Assembly (NCBI GenBank): GCA_964016885.1
Contig: OZ024742.1
Location: forward strand, 314,154,001 to 314,218,000
DNA from: Eledone cirrhosa
Lineage: Eukaryota
Reading direction: 5' to 3'
Length of the DNA: 64,000 nt
Below are positions 55,143 to 64,000 of the stretch, in pieces (the first letter of the stretch is position 1; the number at the start of each line of letters is the position of its first letter). The notes under the pieces were generated by a model, which was not told the DNA's origin, searched no databases, and saw only the letters and a list, made by a program, of their open reading frames with translations. Position numbers and translations under genes: made by a program.

Positions 55143-55776
55143 ATACTTTGGGAGGGTCATGTTGCCAATAAGAAACACACGCACCAGTTGCTTTCACTTC
55201 AATTTATTATAAATTAAATTTATAAATTTCCGGTTGGTTGTTTGGTTCCACAACCAGACGATTGTTCATATATTGTCAAAGTTCTTTCGTCACACATTTT
55301 GGGACCTCTTCAGTGACTGGGGGTTCTTTTCTTTGTTTTTGTGCCTTTCCTTTGTTCTGTCCTACGCCATCTTGTTTTTGTGTGTGTTGTGTGCTTAGTT
55401 TGCGCATGTGTTACATCCGGGTGTCTGTGTGTATAAGCAAATAAATACAGAAATAAATAAACAAATATAAACACGCACAGACATCCGGATGTAACACATG
55501 CGCAAACTAAGCACACAACACACACAAAAACAAGATGGCGTAGGACATAACAAAGGAGAGGCACAAAAACAAAAAAAGAATCCCAAGTCACTGAAGAGGT
55601 CCCAGAATGTGTGATGAAAGAACTTTGACAATATATGAACAATCGTCTGGTTGTGGAACCAACCAACCAACAGGAAATTTATAAATTCCTAAATTTATAA
55701 ATTTAATCTATAATAAATTGAAGTGAAACAACTGGTGCGTGTGTTTCTGATTGGCAACATGACCCTCCCAAAGCAT

Positions 55777-55781
<5 letters not shown>
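55138..55781. repeat. ~640-bp head-to-head inverted pseudo-LTR pair, one hammerhead per arm
   Basis: Arms ~55138-55433 and ~55475-55781, flanked by (TA)n. HHRs at 55275-55317 (-) and 55587-55629 (+): gtca CTGAAGA g gtc...gay GAAA gaac TT tgac. Confidence 0.85.
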
Positions 55782-55824
<43 letters not shown>

Positions 55825-55844
55825 TGAGATAGAGAAAGAGTATA

Positions 55845-56048
<204 letters not shown>

Positions 56049-56401
56049 TAACTCAATGGATTTCCTATTAATAGGATATCTAAAAATACGGATGAAACCA
56101 TGGTAGGGATATAGTTACGGTATGTACACAGTTCTTCTATGTTTGATTTTACACCGAATTGCATATGGTTAATTATGTACTTGGTCGATTTATGCATGCT
56201 GTCGAAATGTTGGATAAATAGCCTGCTGTGGATACCGCGAAGAAGCCACTCTCGTTTATTTGTCGGAGATTTCTTCATAGGAGCTTTTATCCTTATGGCT
56301 TAGTATAATTGATTTTTTATATGGTTGATTCTGCTGTTTGGCAGAGGAAATGGAGTATATATTTTGTTTATCTAATAATTCTGTAGACATGATTTATAAT
56401 A

Positions 56402-56453
<52 letters not shown>

Positions 56454-56984
56454 TGAGATAGAGAAAGAGCGAATAGAGTGAGTGGTTGAGAGGAAGTGAA
56501 AGAAAGAGTGAGAAAGAGAGAGGGCGATAGAAAGTGAGAGGGAGAAAGAGAGAAAATATAAGTTTTAAAACGGGAGAGGTCGTGGTAATATATTTCGATT
56601 GCAAATGAGTTAAAGAGATATAATACGTGATAGGATTACATTAACTGAAGAAAAGTTAACAGTAGTCTGAGTCAGTGAGAAGCATTGGTTGAAAGGACAT
56701 GTTAGAGAAGTGTGAATATATCTGTGACATGAATACTAATATCAATCTACACTGTAATGATGTAAATAAACAATCAAAATAATTATGAAACTAAAGATAA
56801 TATTAACAATAAAGTCAAGAAGCGAAAACAAGAATATAAATTCACAAAACAGATTTTCTCTATATACGGACAGTATAATATAAAATGAAGACTATATTTA
56901 TACAATATATTTATTGTGAAATAAAACATACAAAATAGAAATATATATGAAACCCAGTATATAGATAGAAACTAAGTAAGTAAA

Positions 56985-57135
56985 TAATTGTTTCTACATT
57001 TGACACAAGACCAGCAATTTGAAGTGTATGGGAGTCGACTAAATCAACCCCCAGCCTGTTACTGGTACTTTATTTTATCGACTCCGTAAGGAAGAAAGCC
57101 AAAGCTAACCTCGGCGGGATTTGAACTCAGAATGG
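56985..57135 (-). mobile_element. SINE, 5' truncated long variant
   Basis: Consensus match. Confidence 0.8.
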
Positions 57136-57592
57136 AACATATCATATATATTCATTATTATTTTAATGGTTTCAGTGAGAAGATTACGGCTATGCTGTTC
57201 TCGCTTATCCAGTTCAACTGATAAATCTTTGATCAAACCAAGGTTATCGTATATTATCGATTACCCTTACCTTGTATCCAATGCCACATGGTTTCGAAGT
57301 TTATGTGATAACCACACAGCCATGCATACGCCCGTCAGGAGGATTTTTGTGTGCTAAACTAGGAGGATAGTGGCTGTTTCAATTGATGAAATTATGAATA
57401 CTTTAACGTTTTTTTATATGTTAATCCGTTGATTCAATAATTATATTATTTTCTTAGATTCAGGCCTCTGGCCGTGGTGTTGCGTTACAATTAATCCTTT
57501 GCGTATGCTCCAAATGAATTTGTTGAGCAAATTGTATACAACAAGATTGAAATCACTGGATATAAATCTAAACCCTTATATATATATATATA

Positions 57593-58491
57593 CGAGGTGT
57601 GTCAGAAAAGTTCCAGGACTGTTGTCACAAAAGATTTATTTCAAACCCAAACTTCACACTAAGAGTTTTCTCCTTCAAAGTAATCCCCCTGGAGTATGTA
57701 ACTGTAATCTTAGCTCTCTGCAGCGATCAAACTTTTTTCTTCATAATTTTATATACATGTCCTCTGTTTCAGGTCGTCAAGCAATGAGCACAGAGCAACG
57801 AACAAACTTGAAAATTCCGTCAGAAGCACTGGGATTGCTTCAGCAAGTGTAAGGAGATGAGACAATGCCACGCTCAAGTGTTTTTGAGTGGTGCAAGAGG
57901 TTTAAAGAAGGACGCGAGGACGTGGAAGATGACCCCAGAAGCGGAAGGCCCTCAACAACCAGGACTGAGGTGAACGTTGAGCGCGTCAGGCAGATGGTGT
58001 GTAGCGATCGTCGGCTGACTGTTCCACTGATGGCAAATGAGCTGGGCATGAATCGGGACAGCGTCTGGAAGATTCTCACTGAAGATTTGGACATGCGGAA
58101 AGTCTGCGCGAAGATGGTGCCAAAACTGCTGAACGATGACAAGAAGAGTCGACGCATGCAAGTGTGCCAGGACATTCTCGAGCGTCTTGAAAACCGAACC
58201 AGACTTGCTAGGGACAATCATCACCGGTGATGAGTCATGGATCTTCGAGTACGACCCGGAGGGGACCCGTTTTGAAGACGTGGACGACATCAAAAAGGCC
58301 GTGACGACGGAACTGCGGAGGATCCCGGAAGAATCCTCCCAGGAGTGCATGCAAGCATGTCAGAAATGGATGGAGAAGTGCATTAGACTCCAGGAGAAAA
58401 GTGCATTTGAAGGAGAAAATTCTTAGTGTGAAGTTTGGGTTTGAAAAAAATGTTTGTGACATCCGTCCTGGAACTTTTCTGACACACCTCG
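57593..58491 (+). mobile_element. internally deleted mariner transposon
   Basis: ~75-bp TIRs cgaggtgtgtcagaaaagttccaggac... flanked by TA. Transposase remnant has [24 protein letters not shown], then GDESWIFEYDPE fused directly to GTRFEDVDDIKKAV. Confidence 0.93.
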
Positions 58492-59704
58492 TATATATAT
58501 TTAACAAGAGAAGTTGGAAAAAAGTTTAAAACTACTTTTGACCAGTATGGTATAGCAAGCCGTAGGGGCACTGGAATAGTTCCTTTATTTTCCTCGGAAG
58601 AAGACATATTAATCTCGAAATATCAGGACATATCAATAAATGGACTGCCTTAAAGATAAACTCGTCAGTTGCAACAGGCACCTGCGAATGGCTTGAAGTG
58701 TTCGTTATTAGAAATTACTAACCTAATTTAGAAAAATGATGAAATTAGATATAGAAATGAAGTTAGAACCTAAACAACACAACATGTTAATACATATTTA
58801 TCGGCCTTCTGGTGATTGACATATCAGCAAGATCAGTGGGCTGACACACATACGCACACACAAACATAAACACACACACACACACTCACGCACACAACGT
58901 GTACTTTAATATATATTGATAAATATATAAACATGACACACAACAAATTGCAACTGCTACACGATCCCTCACAATATATTGGGCCATATGTTACTAACAG
59001 GTGAATATCATTATGAATAAGAATTGTAATGTTACAGTCTATTAATGTTTGCTGAATGCAAAATACAATATTTCATATCAACGGATAGAGCACATAATTG
59101 AATTACTTGTAGGATGTAAACAGATCATGAAACTCTATATAGTCATTTCTGAAAAATCGTTAAAATCATAGACACGACTTAATGCTTCGTGAATATTTAT
59201 GAAATCATGTGAATCTCCTTTTGGAAGGAGATAGTAACTTGCCTGACCTCTTAAATTATTACATTATATAAGATTCCTTATTTACTTCATGGATACTGAT
59301 TCTCAATTAGCAATACCTTTAAGTTGTTTTCACCATATTTCTCATATATCTATTCACGAGTTTTCGCCTGAATAATACCGGAAAGATATGTAAACAATGT
59401 TAAAATGCCCTCTGATACACAAATGATCACTACATCAATTATTCATTGTGGTGTTGCAAAGTCGAACAGTGAAATCCGTTTCTTCGGAATAAAATAAAGA
59501 AGTAATGAAAACAGCAGCTGGAGATGGTTAAGCCACGTCCTTTGGTCTCAATCCAAAGCAAAGAGCAGCTACTAGGTCAAGCTGTATAATGGACAGCCAA
59601 ATATAGAACATGGGAAAAATATAGATGTACTTGGCTGGGATTTGTACAGGCACAAAAAGGAATCATCTCTGGCCAGAGGCAGAAACATTCCCACAAAACA
59701 AACT

Positions 59705-59779
<75 letters not shown>

Positions 59780-61049
59780 ACGGTGTCCCAAAAATGTTCA
59801 CACATATTTATTAGAATGCTGTTGAAGTGTGTATACACTTTATTAATCTATATGAAGAATCCGGATGATTGATGTGATGCTGAATATGATTAATGGTTTG
59901 TGTCATTTGACTTTGTAGTCTTCTTGCAGAATACCGTTCTTATTAGTTGAATGAAATCTATTGTCAGTACCACTGAGAAGAATGGTTTGCTATGTTATTA
60001 TTCGCCTATTGTTATGGTTTTGTGCAAAGAATGTCGATTTGTGTTAACCGCATTGCTGCCGTTTTGAATTAAAGCGTATGAGTGTCGGTTGCTCTGGAGA
60101 TGGTAATAAACATAATATCGAAGATATAGGAAGGGTTGGTGGAATTATGATATTAATGCGCTGAATGTTATGATGGACTGGTTGTTGGAAAGACGAGCGC
60201 TCCCATTCGGCTAACTATGTAGAGGTTGAGGGCGCAGACGCTAAAACGGTGCATTACTGAACATTAACACATCAGAGTGTATTACAAATTTGTATTATAC
60301 GCTTCCTGCGATAAATCGTTAAATATTTTGGTAGTGCTACTGCATGATCTGGCGTTTGGAAGTGTGAACTGTTGTAGAAAATGCAAACATAGTAATGTTC
60401 TTAGTGTGCTTGTAGCAAGAAGTTTCCAAATCTGGTTACTAAACTGTAAGTTGATGATATTTTCTCTGAGAAATGAGGTGCGTAAATGGAAGTTGTGGCA
60501 CGCGTAGTAAGATTTGACTAGGGTGCTAGATACCCATGCACAGGTACTGGGTGTGTGGAAAATCAACAGAAGGATGGAAAGGCTGTCGATTATATAATAT
60601 GATAATGACGAGGATAGCTGTCACTGATTGATTGCAATATTGCTGGTCATATGGAAGAGAATAATGTTTGGTATATTCCTTTTATTTCCATAATATCAAC
60701 GCACATACATTCTTGCACAGTCTTATAATTACGCTTATACATAAATTATAGGAGAAACAAGTCCTAAAATTTATGTATAGTTTTAAATATCTCTGAAGAC
60801 GGAAACAAGATGTGAAAATATGTGTTGAGGTAATTTTTGGTTTTATGCTTCGATTCTTCTATGTAGTAGAATCATTGTTACTGAAAATCTTCCTTTAACT
60901 ATTATTCTTCATATTTCATTTGTTTAAACGCACGAAATAGGAATATAATGATTGAATTCCTTCTAAACACGTGGATCTGTTATTCAAATGTTCCGTCTCC
61001 TTGCACTCGAACAGTATCCTGGGTATGAACATTGATGCCGTATGTTTTT

Positions 61050-61320
61050 GGTGTAATGGAAGGGCAGTAATTCGTTTGCTTCTCTTTCAACTACGTCATT
61101 TAGTTTGAATTTCTTTTCATCACACCATATATTTCTTCAGAAGATATCTATGTCTATCTAGGGTGGGGCCTCAGTGAAATTTATTAATTTTGCCCTCATA
61201 TTTCTATAGACAGATGTTTAGTTTCGGCTAATTCGATATTAATCATTTTCCGTTCAGTCACACTTTTCTTATATGAAGGTTTTTCGCCGAGAGCTCCCAG
61301 TTTTGTTTGCGGGTGATCAA
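61050..61320 (-). mobile_element. diverged R4/Dong-like internal fragment
   Basis: 61121-61230 aligns with 42889-43000 (ccatat..ttct.cagaag...ggggcctcagtga...ctatagac.gatgtt). Confidence 0.65.
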
Positions 61321-61392
61321 CTTCTGTTATGTGTGTATATATGTATGCATGCATGTATGTATGTATGTATGTATGTATGTATGTATGTATGT

Positions 61393-61958
61393 ACAACCTG
61401 TCTCATGGTCGGTCGTTGGCGACTAAACTGGCAACCCCACCAAGGTTTCTTGGTGAGGAGGGTGACTTAGGAGATCGTGCAGGACTAAAAACAAAACCTG
61501 TCAAAGGGCAAAGGAGCTCTTAAGAGTCAATGGCCATCCAAAATCACTGGGAGAGATGACCCCATAGCCTTTGTCAAGGCAGAAATCTAGGAGAAGGAAA
61601 ACTCTGATATAACACCTGCAACTCTGATGGTATCCAATGATGTTGACTTGTTCTTCTTTTTGGTAAATATCATCTTGGTTAAGAGAGTGGGATTGGCTTT
61701 GTGCAGTGCCTTTGCTCACTATAAAAGCTTCATGGCACAGGCATTGCTTTATATCTGGAGATCTCTCTGCACTTGTCGTCACATGGTACCATGGGCCCAG
61801 CACTATGTGTCAATAATTGACACAAGTGTAGTGTTTGTACCAGAGTTTTCAAGTCGCTGGATGGATTAAAAAGTCACACTGGTTCATCGCATCCGTAGGG
61901 GTTCTCCTACATGGATATAAAGTAGTGGCCGTACTCGAAAACGAGTTCGCAGCCACCG
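61393..61958 (+). mobile_element. non-autonomous RTE-related element with (TATG)n tail
   Basis: RTE 5'-UTR-like motifs (gtcgttggcgactaaa, ctaggagaaggaaaactctga) and a 3' stem-loop gtggc..ctcgaaaacgag..gccac. Homologue at 62047-62580. Confidence 0.6.
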
Positions 61959-62046
61959 TGTATGTATGTATGCATGTATGTATGTATGTATGTATGTATG
62001 TATGTATGTATGTATGTATGTATGTATGTATGTATGTATGTATGTT

Positions 62047-62580
62047 GGGTCACTCTTGAGTGCTACTGGTTACATGTAACCCAGTACAACCTGTCGCATG
62101 GTCGGGTCGTCGGCGACTAAATCGGCAACCCCACCAAGTTTACTTAGTGAGGAGGGTGATTTTGGACACCCTGCAGGACAAAAAAAAAACCTGACAAAGG
62201 GCGGAAGAACTCATAAGAGTCAACGGCCATCCGAAAGTGTGTAAATATGTATATACATGTACCGCGCGGTTAAACCACTGGGAGCGAAGGACCCCTAGCC
62301 TTTGTCAGGGCATTCTTCTAGGAGAAGGCAACTCAGGAAACTTGGATAACTCCGATATAAAACCTGCGGCTCAGTAGTTACCGATGATGTTGATCTTTTC
62401 TTTTTTTCGGGTTATAGCTACTGTCGCTCAGAGAGTGGGATTGGCTCAGTGCACAGTTTTTCCTCACTTTAAAAAATATCTTCACGCACAGGCATTGCAC
62501 GATAGAATTAATTAATAATTATTAATAATAGTTTATCGTGCAATGGCCATACTCGATAACGAGAGGGCAGCCATCGTGTA
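62047..62580 (+). mobile_element. second non-autonomous RTE-related element
   Basis: Aligns with 61393-61760 and shares the 3' stem-loop tggccatactcgataacgagagggcagcca. Confidence 0.6.
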
Positions 62581-64000
62581 TATAAGTATGTGTGGTTGTA
62601 TATACATGTGGTTCTCGTATTTTGCCAAACATAACATTAAGGTAGATTATTGTAGTATTCATTACACTTAAATGTGATCAATACTGGAATCATGAGATCA
62701 GACATGATATAATACCTACTCTGACAAGTGCCATAATCTCCTTCTCGCAATAAAGATTAGTAACTTGGCACCTTCTCGTTTTTGTATAGAAATACCATGG
62801 TAATAAAATGCATTCATCAATACCAGTTATAGGCAAAACGATATGTTTCTATTTTATGAACTTCATAAAGCATAGTGAAGTAAATGGAAAAATATACAAA
62901 AACGTTTCGGGTGTGACGCTGTGAGACTAAGATATTTTTTCTAACGTAGGCACAAAGTCAATCACTCTGGAGAAAGGCAAAATCGATTAAATCGACCCTA
63001 GTACTTTACTAGTGCTTTATTTTATCGGCAAATTTGACCACGGTGTGATTTTGAACTCAGGACGTAAAGGGTTGTAATTGAATGATGAAAAGTATTTTGT
63101 TCTACATTCTGAAGATTCTCACAATTCACCACTCTAGAAAAGTATGGAAGGCTTAACAAATTTTCGCGTCTTTCTTGCGCATGGGCTAGGCTCGACTTCT
63201 CTTTATCGTTCCAACTTTAGTTAGTGCCCAAGCTAGTTAGTGAGGTTTAAAAAATGGTTTCTGATTTAGGCACAAGGCACAATTTCCTTTCTTTTAGGCA
63301 CAATTTCTTTTCTTTTACAGCCTTGCCACCAGGAAGTCGGCCGGTCAGAAATGTACTCGAAATTAAGAGAAACGGAACATACATGCATATATATATATAT
63401 ATATAGATTTCACGGGGGTGAAATCTATATATATATATATATATGCGGCTACAAAAACCCGATGGGCTGCCTCAGGGTAAGCGAAAGAGGAAAAAGGAAA
63501 AGGAAGAGGAGAGGGACTGGAAGTAAGTGAGAAGAAGAGATAGAGAAAAAAAAAATAAGAGTATTACATCTATCTATGTAAGCTGGGGTTTCCCCTATCT
63601 TGTTCGGCAAGTGGGGAAAATAAAGATGTTACAGCCATTGTCTACCTACCCGGGTCGTGTGGGGGTTTGAAAGCAAGGTAAGTCCTACGCACGGCGTCCT
63701 CCCCAGTAGGAGTTAGCTCTGGAAAGTAAGCTCTAACTAAGATGGTATTTGATGTTATTATCTTGTTATTATCTGTATAATTCTATTTTCGCTTACTTTC
63801 TAGCTAACCTACTTTATCCACACTCCTTAGAGATTGCTGTATAGAATTTACTTTTAACGCTAGACCGGCTTCCCCTATCCCTCTTTGTTCTACAGGCAAG
63901 TTCAGCCACCCCACCCCCTACCTGCCGCCATGAAATATTTAACTGCGTTTACAAGGAACTTTGGCCACTCCTTTTGATAACTACAACCTTCATAAAAGCC

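Noticed and set aside
56065-56110. GAAA ccatgg TA ggga hammerhead 3' half
   Set aside because: The 5' core is absent. It is counted only as a half motif.
59890-60640. Possible decayed CR1/L2-like LINE 3' region on the minus strand
   Set aside because: Only a vague HNFHLR-like similarity, not enough to support a call.

Overview
AT-rich, repeat-dense eukaryotic DNA, probably intergenic or intronic. The SINE types suggest a cephalopod/octopus genome (inference). I found no supportable host gene: the listed ORFs are microsatellite read-throughs or transposon remnants. The window holds about 30 copies or fragments of one tRNA-derived SINE, two tandem R4/Dong-like non-LTR retrotransposons, Penelope-like element (PLE) remnants, mariner and hAT derivatives, CRE-like and RTE-derived fragments, and many (TA)n tracts. 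The main signal is roughly 18 minimal type I hammerhead ribozyme (HHR) motifs from about 10 sequence families, almost all inside (TA)n tracts. Three non-coding tandem units (477, ~551 and 466 bp) carry one HHR per monomer and look like retrozymes (circular-RNA-derived repeats). Two of them share a conserved ATGCAAAT octamer block upstream of the ribozyme, and two are fused into one chimeric concatemer. Separately, the 3' tail of the dominant SINE matches a motif in the R4/Dong-like 3' UTR. All structures were read by eye and all coordinates counted by hand.
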